A DNA stretch of 64,000 bases, taken from Candidatus Latescibacterota bacterium (GTDB lineage: Bacteria; Latescibacterota; UBA2968; UBA8231). Where the stretch lies: NCBI GenBank assembly GCA_964291625.2, contig OZ220090.1, positions 416,001 through 480,000 on the forward strand. The letters run 5' to 3'. A program made the translations under genes and the position numbers. A model generated the notes under the pieces. That model was not told where the DNA came from. It saw only the letters and a list, made by a program, of their open reading frames with translations, and made no database searches. The first letter of the stretch is position 1. The number at the start of each line of letters is the position of its first letter. Of this stretch, positions 11,507 through 25,874 are shown piece after piece.

Positions 11507-13000
11507 ATGGGAACCGTGATCGACGTTGGATGCGACAAGCAGCTGTTCATCGATCACCGTTTCATCGCCGAGGGCCGGGACGTGGAGCTGCGCGTGAACC
11601 CGCCGGTCAAGAGGCCGGGGCCGATCCTGGAGAGCGACCGCCCCTGGGACGCCTTCAACCTGATCTACTTCAGCCTCGCCGAGGACGGGGGCCGCTTCCG
11701 GATGTGGTATCAGGCCTACGACAACGACCAGTGGAACGGCGGCGGGCCCCGCCTGTGCTACGCCGAGTCGGTCGACGGCCTCTCCTGGGAGAAGCCCCAC
11801 CTCGGCCTGGTGGAGTACAAGGGGTCCCGGGAGAACAACATCCTCCTGGAGTACAGCAAGCTGGCCTTCGTCTTCGTCGATCCCCACGGGGCTCCCGGAC
11901 AGCGCTTCAAGATGTTGACCACCGGCATGGACGGCATCCAGCCGCTCACCGGCGCCCGGGTCGGGACCTCCGCCGACGGCCTGCGGTGGTCCGTGGCGGG
12001 GGAGAACTCCTCGAACATCCGCGGGGACACGCAGAAGGTCGCCTTCTGGGACGGCCGCATCGGCCGTTACGTCGTCTACATGAAGCTGCAGATCCAGGAC
12101 GGGGAGCCGGCGTACCCGATGGTGCGGCCGATCCCCAGCAACCCCCCCGTGGTCGCCCCCCGGACCGTGCGCCCGGGGCGGGCCATCGGCCGGCTGGAGA
12201 TGGACGAGATCATGGACCCCTGGCCGGACGAGGAGGTCCAGGCGGTGCTCGTGGCCGACGAGCTCGATCCGCCGGGCAGCGACATCTACCACCACCTGGT
12301 CTACCGCTATCCCTACGCCGCCGACGCCTACTTCATGTTCCCCTTCACCTACCAGCACTTCCGCGACGACGAGACCGACGTCGGCAACGACGGCGTCAAC
12401 GACACCCAGTTCTGCGCCAGCCGCGACGGCGTCCACTGGATGCGCTACGACCGCCGGCCCTACATCTCCCGCGGCCTGCCGGGGGAACCGGACTGCGGCC
12501 TCGCCCACGCCACCCCCTACGTGATCCGCCGCGGGGACCTCCTCTACCACTACTACACCGGCTGGCCCTGGACCCACGGCGGCTTCCGGCGGCTCTCCGG
12601 GGCCGAGCGCCGGGACCGCGTCAACTGGGGCCGGGGGTTCTACGGCGTCACCGTGCAGCGCCTCGACGGCTTCGTCTCGGTGGACGCTCCCTATGGGGGC
12701 GGGTCGATCCTCACGCCTCTCCTGCGCTTCGACGGCGCGGCGCTCCAGCTCAACGTCGACGTCGCCGCCATGGGCGAGCTGCGGGTCGAGCTCCAGGACG
12801 AGAGCGGGACCCCCATCGAGGGATACGGCCTCGACGACTGCGACCGGGTGCTCTTCAACGACGTGGCCTGGACCGTCACCTGGCGGGGGAGCGGCGACCT
12901 GACATCCCTGCGTGGGCGCCCGGTGCGGCTGCGCATCGTCATGCGCTCGGCCCGGCTCTTCGCCTTCCAGTTCCGGGACCCAGCGGACGGCCCGGGCTGA
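11507..13000 (+). CDS. Five-bladed beta-propeller glycoside hydrolase-like protein, paralog of 2430..3788
   Basis: KQLFID, AESVDGLSWEKPHLGLVEY, SRDGVHW, RLDGFVS and LFAFQF motifs. Confidence 0.7.
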   Translation: MGTVIDVGCDKQLFIDHRFIAEGRDVELRVNPPVKRPGPILESDRPWDAFNLIYFSLAEDGGRFRMWYQAYDNDQWNGGGPRLCYAESVDGLSWEKPHLGLVEYKGSRENNILLEYSKLAFVFVDPHGAPGQRFKMLTTGMDGIQPLTGARVGTSADGLRWSVAGENSSNIRGDTQKVAFWDGRIGRYVVYMKLQIQDGEPAYPMVRPIPSNPPVVAPRTVRPGRAIGRLEMDEIMDPWPDEEVQAVLVADELDPPGSDIYHHLVYRYPYAADAYFMFPFTYQHFRDDETDVGNDGVNDTQFCASRDGVHWMRYDRRPYISRGLPGEPDCGLAHATPYVIRRGDLLYHYYTGWPWTHGGFRRLSGAERRDRVNWGRGFYGVTVQRLDGFVSVDAPYGGGSILTPLLRFDGAALQLNVDVAAMGELRVELQDESGTPIEGYGLDDCDRVLFNDVAWTVTWRGSGDLTSLRGRPVRLRIVMRSARLFAFQFRDPADGPG

Positions 13001-13052
13001 GGACGCCGGTCCCGGTTGCCCCCGGGGCAGCCAGCGGCTTTTCTATCGCCCC

Positions 13053-14447
13053 GTGAGCGAGAGCATCGAAGAAGCCGTCGCCGCCGAGATCGAGGCGCGC
13101 TCGGAGGCCTGGGAGAACCTGCTCGTCCTGGCCGACGACATCGGCGTGCGCGTCGCCGGCAGCGAGGGCGAGGTCCGGGCCCGCGACTTCCTGCTGCGGA
13201 CCTTTCAGGGCTACGGACTCGACGACGTCCACCTTGAGCCCTTCCAGCACCGGGCCTGGCGGCCGGAGCGCGAGGAGCTGGCCGTCGTCGCCCCGGAGGC
13301 GGGCCGCCCGATCCCCTGCCGGTGCGGGGGCCTCTCGCCGTCGACGCCGGAAGCCGGGGTCGAAGGGGAGGTCGTCTTCCTCGAGCGCTGCGACGCCGAG
13401 GAGCTGGAGCAGCGCGCCGCCGAGGTGCGGGGGCGCATCGTCGTGGCGCCGTACTACCCCTTCGCCCGCCAGCTCAAGACCCCCCTGGCGGCCCGCTTCG
13501 GGGCCGCCGCCCTCCTGGAGCACCGCAACTACGCGGGCGCCCTGCAGCCGGCGCGCACCTGCTGCTTCCAGCGGGTCGGCGACCTGCCGGTGGCCTCCAT
13601 CAGCCTCGAGGACGCGGAGTATCTCAAGCGGCTGCAGCAGCGGCGGGGGCCGGTGCGGCTCCGCCTCACCCTGGACAGCCGCATCGAGACCCGCGAGTCG
13701 TGGAATGTCGTCGGCCAGCTCACCGGGACCGCCGTTCCACACGAGATCCTGGTCGCCGGGGGCCACTACGACACCTGGCACGTCGGCCCCGGCGCCATCG
13801 ACAACGCCGCCGGGGTGGTCGCCGTGGTCGAGGCGGCGCGCGCCCTCGCCCGCCACCGGCAACACCTGCGGCGCACGGTGCGGTTCGTCGCCTTCGGCGT
13901 CGAGGAGTCCGGACTGGTGGGAGCCTGGGCCTACACGCGCCGCCACGCCGCCGAGCTTGACGACACCTGGCTGATGATCAACAACGACGTCGGCGGGCGG
14001 CCCTCGGGCCTGGGCATCTCCGGCGCCGAGGAACTCGTGCCGGTCCTCGAGACGGTAGCCTCCCGCGTCCGGGTGGAAGGGCTGGAGAGGCCCTTCGGCG
14101 TCTCCTGCGGGGTCCCGAGCTGGGGCTCCGACCACTTCCCGTTCTTCGCCCACGGCGTGCCCACCGTGGGCGTGGGGACCGAGTCGGTCACGCCGGAGGA
14201 CCGCTTCTACGGCCACAGCCCGGCCGACACGGCGGACAAGGTCTACCCCCGGGGGCTGAGCGAGAGCGCCGCCGTCAACGCCCGGGTCCTGCTGCACGTG
14301 GCCAACCTGGAGGAGCGGCCGGCGCCGCGGCGCACGCTTGCGGAGCTGGAGGCGTCCTTCGCCGGCCATCCGCTGGAGGAGGCGATGGAGCTCCTCGACG
14401 TGTGGCCGCCGGAGCGCGCTCTCGAGAGGTACTTCGACCCGGCATGA
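13053..14447 (+). CDS. M28 family metallopeptidase with PA domain (carboxypeptidase Q-like)
   Basis: GHYDTW, GAIDNAAG, VEESGLVG, SDHFPF and HSPADT motifs. Confidence 0.85.
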   Translation: MSESIEEAVAAEIEARSEAWENLLVLADDIGVRVAGSEGEVRARDFLLRTFQGYGLDDVHLEPFQHRAWRPEREELAVVAPEAGRPIPCRCGGLSPSTPEAGVEGEVVFLERCDAEELEQRAAEVRGRIVVAPYYPFARQLKTPLAARFGAAALLEHRNYAGALQPARTCCFQRVGDLPVASISLEDAEYLKRLQQRRGPVRLRLTLDSRIETRESWNVVGQLTGTAVPHEILVAGGHYDTWHVGPGAIDNAAGVVAVVEAARALARHRQHLRRTVRFVAFGVEESGLVGAWAYTRRHAAELDDTWLMINNDVGGRPSGLGISGAEELVPVLETVASRVRVEGLERPFGVSCGVPSWGSDHFPFFAHGVPTVGVGTESVTPEDRFYGHSPADTADKVYPRGLSESAAVNARVLLHVANLEERPAPRRTLAELEASFAGHPLEEAMELLDVWPPERALERYFDPA

Positions 14448-16294
14448 GACCGGCTCTCACCTCTCCGCGGGGCGCCCGGTACGACCTGCAGGGCGCGGCC
14501 GGCCACTACCTGAAGGCCGTCACCGACCAGTGGCTGCTTCCGGCGCCGGCGGCGAATCCCGCCATGCTCGAGATCTTCCGGGACCGGGACCGCACGCCGC
14601 CGCGGGACCTCGTGCCTTGGGCAGGGGAGTTCGCCGGCAAGTACCTGACCCACGCCGTGCAGATCCTGCGCCTCACCGGCGACCGGGGGCTGCGCCGGCA
14701 CCTGCGCGCCTTCGTCGCCGACCTGGTGGCCCTGCAGGCGGAGGACGGCTACCTGGGCCCCTGGCCCCGGGACCACCGGCTCACGGGCACGGCGCCCAAC
14801 GCCATGGGCGGCCGGGGGACCTGGGACGCCTGGGGCCACTACCACGTGATGCTCGGCCTGCTGCTGTGGCACGAGGAGACGGGGGACCGCGCCGCACTGG
14901 GCTGCGCCGCCCGCATGGGAGACCTGCTGTGCGGCCGCTTCCTCGGGGTGAAGCGCAGGGGCCGCCGCCTCGTCGACACGGGCAGCACCGAGATGAACCT
15001 GGCCCCCGTGCACTCCCTGACCCTGCTCCACCGGAGGACGCGGGAGCCCCGCTACCTCGACCTGGCGCGCCAGATCGTCGACGAGTTCGCCGCCGCCGGC
15101 CGCGACGGCGCCCCCCTGGCGGGGGACTACGTCAACACGGCTTTGGCGGGCCAGCCCTTCTTCGAGACCCCCAAGCCCCGGTGGGAATCCCTGCACCCGG
15201 TCATGGGCATGCTCGACGTCGGCCTGATCACGGGCGACGAGGAGTTGCTCCGGGCCTTCGAGCACATCTGGTGGAGCATCGCCGAGCTCGACCGCCACAA
15301 CAACGGCGGCTTCAGCTCCGGCGAGAAGGCCCAGGGAAACCCCTACCACCCGGGCGCCATCGAGACCTGCTGCACCATTGCCTGGATGGCGGCCAGCGTC
15401 GAGATGCTGCGGCTCACGGGAGACCCGCTGGTGGCCGACGAGCTTGAGCTGTCCACCCTCAACTCCGGCCTCGGCCTGCACTCCCACTCGGGCCGCTGGG
15501 TGACCTACGACACCCCCATGGACGGGGTCCGCAAGGCGAGCGCCCACGACATCGTCTTCCAGGCGCGCGAGGGCAGCCCCGAGCTCAACTGCTGCTCGGT
15601 GAACGGCCCCCGGGCCCTTGGCATGATCTCCGACTGGGCGGTCATGACGGACGAGGACGAATCCCTCGCCCTCAACTGGTACGGCCCGGGGCGGATCCAG
15701 GCCGAGGTCGCGGGCACCCCCGTGACCCTGAAGAGCGCCACCGACTACCCGGTGGAGCCGGCGGTGCAGCTGTCGGTCGCGCCCCGGCGGGCCTCCGAGT
15801 TCACCCTGCGGCTGCGCATCCCGCGCTGGTCGGAGCGCACCCGGGCCCGCGTCAACGGCGAGCCCGTGAGGGGGGTGCGCGCCGGGAGCTGGCTGGATCT
15901 CCGGCGCCGCTGGAAGCGCGGCGACCGCGTCGACCTGCGCTTCGACTTCCGGCCTCACCGCTGGGTGGGGGAGCGGGAGTGCCGCGGCCTCACGTCCCTC
16001 TACCGCGGCCCCCTGCTCCTGGCCTGGGACCGCCGCTTCAGCGACTGCGACGAGGGCGACCTGCCGGCCCTCGACGCCAGGGAGCTGCGCCTGCAGCGCG
16101 TGGAGTGGACGGGACCCGTCCCGGCGCCGGAGCTGCTGGTGCGCTGCCGCGGGGCCGGGGGGCGCGACCTGACCCTCTGCGACTTCGCCAGCGCCGGCGA
16201 GGGGGGATCGCCCTACCGGAGCTGGCTGAAGGTGCGCCACGCCGGCCGCCCCCGGAGGTTCACCCGCGACAACCCGCTGCGCTCCTTCCGCTGA
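14444..16294 (+). CDS. GH127 beta-L-arabinofuranosidase family protein
   Basis: AQ.EDGYLG-like motif, ETCC and NCCSVNG Cys motifs, TDYP, LRIPRW and RGPLLLA. ATGA overlap. Confidence 0.85.
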   Translation: MRPALTSPRGARYDLQGAAGHYLKAVTDQWLLPAPAANPAMLEIFRDRDRTPPRDLVPWAGEFAGKYLTHAVQILRLTGDRGLRRHLRAFVADLVALQAEDGYLGPWPRDHRLTGTAPNAMGGRGTWDAWGHYHVMLGLLLWHEETGDRAALGCAARMGDLLCGRFLGVKRRGRRLVDTGSTEMNLAPVHSLTLLHRRTREPRYLDLARQIVDEFAAAGRDGAPLAGDYVNTALAGQPFFETPKPRWESLHPVMGMLDVGLITGDEELLRAFEHIWWSIAELDRHNNGGFSSGEKAQGNPYHPGAIETCCTIAWMAASVEMLRLTGDPLVADELELSTLNSGLGLHSHSGRWVTYDTPMDGVRKASAHDIVFQAREGSPELNCCSVNGPRALGMISDWAVMTDEDESLALNWYGPGRIQAEVAGTPVTLKSATDYPVEPAVQLSVAPRRASEFTLRLRIPRWSERTRARVNGEPVRGVRAGSWLDLRRRWKRGDRVDLRFDFRPHRWVGERECRGLTSLYRGPLLLAWDRRFSDCDEGDLPALDARELRLQRVEWTGPVPAPELLVRCRGAGGRDLTLCDFASAGEGGSPYRSWLKVRHAGRPRRFTRDNPLRSFR

Positions 16295-16648
16295 GCCGCC
16301 GGCTCGCGCCCCCCCGGTCGTCACCGAGGTGTTCCTGCCCGAGACTACCCTTGCCGAGATGGCCTGCCACCGGCAGCAACGAGCGGCACGGCCCGCAGCT
16401 GCCGACCCAGGTGACGCGGCGACCTCCACTCAGGTATCGGTGCAGGCGGCGCGGCAGCTCTTGTCCGCGAGTCCTGGTGGCGCCCTGCTTGGCCGTGGGG
16501 CACTCCCCGGCATCCGACCCCGTCCGCATGGCCCCCGGCCACGCCGACGAGTCCGAGAATGTGCCTGCCGGCCGAACCGGCCGTTTCACGGCGCATCCAC
16601 ACCATCCGGCTGCGCCGGGCGGCGCGAGTTGCTCGTACCCTTCCGGAG

Positions 16649-17092
16649 CTAGGGAACGGGTGCAGTTGCGCGAGCCCCGGCGTATACATACAGCATCCAG
16701 TAAATGGCGACGCCCGAGAGCCCGACGAACATCCAGATCGGCCACAGCCAGCGCGTGACCCGGCGGTGGCGGGCGTAGCGTCCCTTCCAGGCATGGAGAA
16801 GCGCGGCGAAGACGAGGGGAACCATGCCCGCGGCGAGGATGACGTGGGGGACGAGGATGGCGAAGTAGAGGGGCCGGGTCCAGTCGCGGAGGGGGTAGGG
16901 GACGGAGCCGACGCGCAGGTGATAGACGGAGTACGAGGCCAGGAACAGGGCCGACATGGCCACGGCCCCGAGCATGCACAGGCGATGCGGACCCTGGCGT
17001 CCGGAGCGGATGAAGAGGAAGCCCGCCGTGAGCAAGAGGGTGGCGGCGCCGTTGAGGGCGGCGTTCAGAGTTGGGAGATCGGTGACTGACAC
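16649..17092 (-). CDS. DUF420 membrane protein
   Basis: LPTLNAALNG, HRLCM, FLASY, YFAILVPH and HRRVTRW..PIW motifs. Confidence 0.85.
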   Translation of the reverse strand: MSVTDLPTLNAALNGAATLLLTAGFLFIRSGRQGPHRLCMLGAVAMSALFLASYSVYHLRVGSVPYPLRDWTRPLYFAILVPHVILAAGMVPLVFAALLHAWKGRYARHRRVTRWLWPIWMFVGLSGVAIYWMLYVYAGARATAPVP

Positions 17093-17121
17093 GTCTGCCG
17101 CGGAGGACAGCTCCGCCCCCG

Positions 17122-17154
17122 GTGGGAGGCCTCCGTTCCGGGGAGGCCTCCCAC
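17122..17154. terminator. 13-bp GC hairpin just downstream of tRNA-Thr
   Basis: GTGGGAGGCCTCC-N7-GGAGGCCTCCCAC perfect inverted repeat with no clear U-tract. Confidence 0.55.
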
Positions 17155-17158
17155 GCTA

Positions 17159-17234
17159 TGGAGCCACCCGCCGGAGTCGAACCGGCGACCTACTCATTAC
17201 GAGTGAGTTGCTCTACCAACTGAGCTAGGGTGGC
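17159..17234 (-). tRNA. tRNA-Thr(CGT)
   Basis: Reverse complement is GCCACCCTAGCTCAGTTGGTAGAGC-A-ACTCA-CT-CGT-AA-TGAGT...GGTTCGACTCC...GGGTGGCTCCA, a 76-nt cloverleaf with encoded CCA. Confidence 0.97.
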
Positions 17235-17345
17235 CAAGATGTTGCGGCGCAACCGGATGGGAGAAATCGAAAGCTCTCCTGCGGAACTGCGCCGGCACCG
17301 GTGAAATCTACGGGGCGACGCGGAATCCGGTCAACGGCCCCCGGC

Positions 17346-18557
17346 TCAGAGGAAGCTGAACAGGCGCGCCACCCGGTCGACGAACCGTGATCGGCTGCGG
17401 CCTCCGCCCGATGGTCTCAGGTCGACGCCGGTATCGCAGGCGAAACGGAGCAGACCGATGCTGGTGGCGTACTCGGGGGTCTGCACGGACTCGGGAGCGA
17501 TGATCTCGGTGGGAACGCCGATGCGCACCGGCATGCCCAGGGCCTCCTCGCCGAACCGGTCGATGTTCCGCAGCAGGGCGCCGCCGCCGGTGAAGACCAT
17601 GCCGGTGGTCAGCAGGTGACCGCAGCCGCTGCTCTCGATTTCCTGGGCGACGAACTCCAGCATCTCCTGCTGCCGCGCCTCGATGATGCCGTCGAGATCC
17701 TCCCGCTTGATCGTGTGAGATCGCCCCGCGGTGGTCTGGAAGGTAAGGGGCTCGCCCGCCTCCTCGGCATCGGTGCACACGCCGCCGAAGTTGCACTTCA
17801 ACTCTTCCGCCTCCCGTGGCGAGGTGTTGAGCACCATCGACAGGTCTCGGGTGATGTCCTGGCCGCCCAGAGGCACCTCGGTGAGGTGGCGCAGGGAGCC
17901 GCCGGCGTACAGGGCCATGTCGCAGGTGCCGGCGCCGAGGTCCAGGAGGCCGACCCCCATGTCGCGTTCGTCCGTGCTCAGCAGCGAAGCGGCGGTGGCC
18001 ACCGATTCCACCAGGAACCCGGCGATGGCCACGCCCGCTTCCTCCGCGGCGCGCTGCAGCGTGGTGCAGGCCTGGTCGGAGGCCGTTGCGCTCAGAGTCT
18101 CGACCTCGAGCTTGTGTCCGTGGAGCCAGAGGGGGTTCTGCACCGGCTCGCCGTCGACGGCGTAGCTCTGCACGAAGCGGTGCAGGATCGCGGCCTCCGA
18201 CGGCGGCGCCGTGGCCTCGGCGGCGGCCAGGGCGCGCTCCACATCCTCGTCGTCGATCGGGTCGGAGGGGCCGGAGATGGCCACGGCGCTGCGGCTCGCA
18301 TGGGCCTGCACGTCACGGCCGGCGATGCCGGCGTAGGCTCCGGTGATGCGCAGTCCGGCGGCGCGCTCCGCTTCGGCCACGGCTGTCCGCATCGACTCCA
18401 CCAGGAGAGGCATGTCGATGACGGCGCTGCGGCGGATGCCACGGCAGGGGCTGGTGCCGATCCCCAGAACCTTGCAGTCCCCGCTGGACTCGGCCTGGCC
18501 CACGAGGCAGCGGACGCGGGAAGCTCCGATATCGAGTATGACGACGGGTGATGACAT
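17346..18557 (-). CDS. ftsA: Cell division protein FtsA
   Basis: LDIGASRV, LLDLGAGT, GGQDITRDL, VFTGGGA, PVRIGVP and PEYATSIGLL motifs, plus a C-terminal amphipathic helix. Confidence 0.92.
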   Translation of the reverse strand: MSSPVVILDIGASRVRCLVGQAESSGDCKVLGIGTSPCRGIRRSAVIDMPLLVESMRTAVAEAERAAGLRITGAYAGIAGRDVQAHASRSAVAISGPSDPIDDEDVERALAAAEATAPPSEAAILHRFVQSYAVDGEPVQNPLWLHGHKLEVETLSATASDQACTTLQRAAEEAGVAIAGFLVESVATAASLLSTDERDMGVGLLDLGAGTCDMALYAGGSLRHLTEVPLGGQDITRDLSMVLNTSPREAEELKCNFGGVCTDAEEAGEPLTFQTTAGRSHTIKREDLDGIIEARQQEMLEFVAQEIESSGCGHLLTTGMVFTGGGALLRNIDRFGEEALGMPVRIGVPTEIIAPESVQTPEYATSIGLLRFACDTGVDLRPSGGGRSRSRFVDRVARLFSFL

Positions 18558-18777
18558 GGATCGTATGCCTGTCCCCTTTGGTGGTTGGCTGGTTCTGCCG
18601 CCATCGCGACAGGGTCGGGCGAAGGCCCGCCCTTTGGACGGCAGGTGGAGATCGAGGACGGGCCCGGAGGCCGGGGAATGCGGGGAGGGGACTTCTGATG
18701 CCGCTTGGAGAGCCCCCGGGGGAGGAGGCTCCAGACCGTTCCGGGGCACTTCGAGACGGAACGGCAGAGTATTAGTC

Positions 18778-18846
18778 AAGGTAGCTTGGGACCACCCCCG
18801 CAGTCAAGCGAATTCGCTTGACCGGGTATTGGGTCAGGCGTAAGAT
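18778..18846. promoter_or_regulatory. Back-to-back divergent sigma70 promoters (ftsA and ssb) sharing a perfect 20-bp palindrome
   Basis: GTCAAGCGAATTCGCTTGAC at 18803-18822. Plus strand TTGACC-N17-TAAGAT; minus strand TTGACT-N18-TACCTT. Confidence 0.6.
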
Positions 18847-18901
18847 AGTTCGCCCGCCATCGCGGGGTCCCGCGGCCTACCAAATCCCAGAGGAGAACTC
18901 C

Positions 18902-19389
18902 ATGGCACGGGGGGTCAACAAGGTCATCCTGATCGGCAACCTCGGGGGCGATCCCGAGGTCCGTTACACGCCGAACGGCGCTGCTGTCGCCAACGTCAGC
19001 CTGGCCACCAACGAGAGCTGGACCGACCGCAGCGGCGAGCGCCAGGAGCGCACCGAGTGGCACCGTCTCGTTCTCTGGAGCAAACTGGCCGAGATCGCGG
19101 CCAGTACCTGCACAAGGGCAGCAAGATCTTCGTGGAGGGGCGGCTGCAGACCCGTTCCTGGGACGACCAGAGCGGCCAGAAGCGCTACACCACCGAGGTG
19201 GTGGTCAACGACATGCAGATGCTCGACGGCCGCGGCGAGGGCGGCGGCCCCGGAGGTCCTCCTCCGGGTGGTCCCTCCGACGGCGGCGCGACCGGCGGTG
19301 ACTTTCAGCCGACGGGTGAGTCCGGTGGCCCCCAAGGTGGGGCCGGGGGACCGCAGAGTCCGGCCGAAGACGACGACCTGCCCTTCTGA
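18902..19389 (+). CDS. ssb: Single-stranded DNA-binding protein with a 1-nt frameshift near 19097-19102
   Basis: [19 protein letters not shown]...TEWHR in one frame, continuing as [20 protein letters not shown]...DDDLPF in another. Confidence 0.92.
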
Positions 19390-19412
19390 CATCGCAGGCG
19401 GCCGACCCCGCC

Positions 19413-20281
19413 GTGGCGGGCAGTTATCTTCACCTGCACCTGGCGACCGGCGCCTTTCGTTCCGCTTTCGGGGACGATCCTCCTCGCCGTCCAGCACAGC
19501 ACGCCGCCTTTCTGGCCGGCTCTGTCGCCCCCGACCTGGGCTTTTTCCCGGGAGGGCCGTCGGCCTTTTCCCAGCGCGTCCATCACCAGAGCACCGCCGA
19601 TCTCGTTCGCTCGCTGCTGGCCGTCGCCGACGATGAGATCGAGGCCGCCTTTGCCGCCGGATGGGCGTTGCACGTGTGCACCGACGTGACCACCCATCCC
19701 GTCGTCAATCGCCGCGCCGACGACCTGCGCCAGGAACGGAGCGGGCAGCCTCCGAGCCGCCTCGACCTCTGGCACAAGCGCGTCGAATGGGGAATGGACT
19801 GTCATGTACTGGGTGTCCTGGAGCCCCAGCCCCTGTGGCGCGCCGAGCTGCACTATCCGGTCCGAGCCGGGCGCCCGAGCCTGTTGGCGACGGCCGCAAC
19901 CCAGGTCTTCGAAGAGGGGATCGACGACGGCGCCCTTCGCGCGGGCTGGTCCTCCACGGTCCGCTGGCTGCGCCGCCTGGCGCCGATCTTCGTCTGGACG
20001 GGGGCGTGCCGCTCTCCCGGCCGCGGCCGGACCGCGGCCTCCGTCGGCCCGGTGGTGCAACCGCTGGCCAGGAGCGTGGGCCGCCTGCTCCAGAACCACG
20101 AGAGGCGGGAGGACGAGGCCGCGGTGTTGTCGCCCGAACCGCCGCCGGCCGTATTCGTCGACTCCATGATGGGGGCCGCGAGAACGGCGGTGACCACCTT
20201 CCTGCTCCACCTGCGTGACCGTTTCGAGGATCTGCCCAATCTCGATCTGGACACCGGTGAGCCGGTTGCAGGAGGACCGGG

Positions 20282-20285
<4 letters not shown>
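19413..20285 (+). CDS. Zinc-dependent phospholipase C family protein
   Basis: N-terminal His, [18 protein letters not shown] and H..VE..MD motifs. Confidence 0.7.
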
Positions 20286-24692
<4,407 letters not shown>

Positions 24693-24698
24693 CGGACG

Positions 24699-25859
24699 AT
24701 GGCCGGAGGCCTTCCGGTGCAGCTGACCTCCCTGGTCCTGCTGGCCGGCACCGTTCTCTACCTCGGCGTCGTGGTCTGGCTGCTGACCGGCATCGGCCGC
24801 AGCCGGCGCGCCCCGGGAACGGCCCTCCCGCCGCCTCCGGTGTCGGTGGTCGTCGCCGCCCGCGACGAGGGCGACAGGATCGGGGCCTGCGTCCGCTCCC
24901 TGGCCGGGCAGAGCTACGGCGGAGCCCTGCAGATCGTCGTCGTCGACGACCGCTCGGGGGACGATACGGGCCGCGTGCTGGCGGCGCTCCGCTCAAACTG
25001 GCGGGCGGCGGCCGAACTGGTCCTGGTGCGGGCGCCGGACCCGCCGCTCTACGCCTGCCCGAAGAAGAGCGCCCTGGCCGCCGGGATCGACAGGGCCGAA
25101 GGGGAGATCCTGCTGTTCACCGACGCCGACTGCCAGCCCCCCCCGGAGTGGGTGGGGGCGATGGTCTCGCGGTTCGACGGCGGCGTCGGGCTGGTGGCGG
25201 GGTATGCCTATCCCCATCCCCTCGCCGGCGTCCGGCAACGAGTGCTGGCGCTGGACAACCTGGGGGTGGCCGCCCTGGCGGAGGGCAGCATCGGCATGGA
25301 GGCTCCGTTGGCCTGCACGGGGAGGAGCCTGGCGTACCGGCGCGCCGTGTACGACGAAGTCGGCGGATTCGAGGCCATCGGCCACCTCGTCAGCGGCGAT
25401 GACGTCTACTTCCTGCGGCTGGTGACGGCGCGGACCGGCTGGGGCGTCCGTTACTGCGCCGACGAGGCTGCGGCGGTGCCCTCCGCCCCGCCGCCGCTCG
25501 GCTGGCGCGCGTTGCTTGATCAGAAGGTGCGGCATGCCTCCAAGGCCTCCCGCTACGAGGGCGGCGCCCGGTGGCTCGGGGCCGCCGTGTACCTCTACCA
25601 CGCGGCCCTCCTCGCCGGCGGCCTGCTGGCGGCGGGCGGGAACCAGGCGACCTTCTTTCTCTGCTGCTGGCTGACGCGGTGGCTGGCCGACCTGATCCTC
25701 CTCGCCCGGTTCGCGCCGCGAGCCTGCGACCGATTCGGCCTCCTCCTCCTGCCGGTGGTGGAGATCCTCTATATTCCCTATGTGCTGCTCCTGGTACCCC
25801 TGGGGCGTGCCGGATGGTTCCGCTGGAGGAGCGGCCCCGCTCCCCTCTCCCGATCCTGA
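24699..25859 (+). CDS. Membrane-bound GT2 glycosyltransferase
   Basis: VSVVVAARDE, VVDDRS, KK, TDADC, SGDD and QKVRH motifs. Confidence 0.88.
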   Translation: MAGGLPVQLTSLVLLAGTVLYLGVVVWLLTGIGRSRRAPGTALPPPPVSVVVAARDEGDRIGACVRSLAGQSYGGALQIVVVDDRSGDDTGRVLAALRSNWRAAAELVLVRAPDPPLYACPKKSALAAGIDRAEGEILLFTDADCQPPPEWVGAMVSRFDGGVGLVAGYAYPHPLAGVRQRVLALDNLGVAALAEGSIGMEAPLACTGRSLAYRRAVYDEVGGFEAIGHLVSGDDVYFLRLVTARTGWGVRYCADEAAAVPSAPPPLGWRALLDQKVRHASKASRYEGGARWLGAAVYLYHAALLAGGLLAAGGNQATFFLCCWLTRWLADLILLARFAPRACDRFGLLLLPVVEILYIPYVLLLVPLGRAGWFRWRSGPAPLSRS

Positions 25860-25874
25860 AAGCAAGACACGGTC

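Noticed and set aside
17159-17234. tRNA-Thr as an active integration site
   Set aside because: There is no adjacent integrase, and I saw no duplicated tRNA 3' end in the window.
17346-18779. Extended N-termini in the ORF track (ftsA, mmsA, pspA, ppx, the regulator, dxr and others)
   Set aside because: The extensions are low-complexity and overlap neighbours or promoters. I reassigned starts using RBS position, stop/start coupling and family N-termini.
19090-19105. Programmed ribosomal frameshift in ssb or in the amidohydrolase at 6.39 kb
   Set aside because: There is no slippery heptamer or stimulatory element. A single-base sequencing deletion is simpler.
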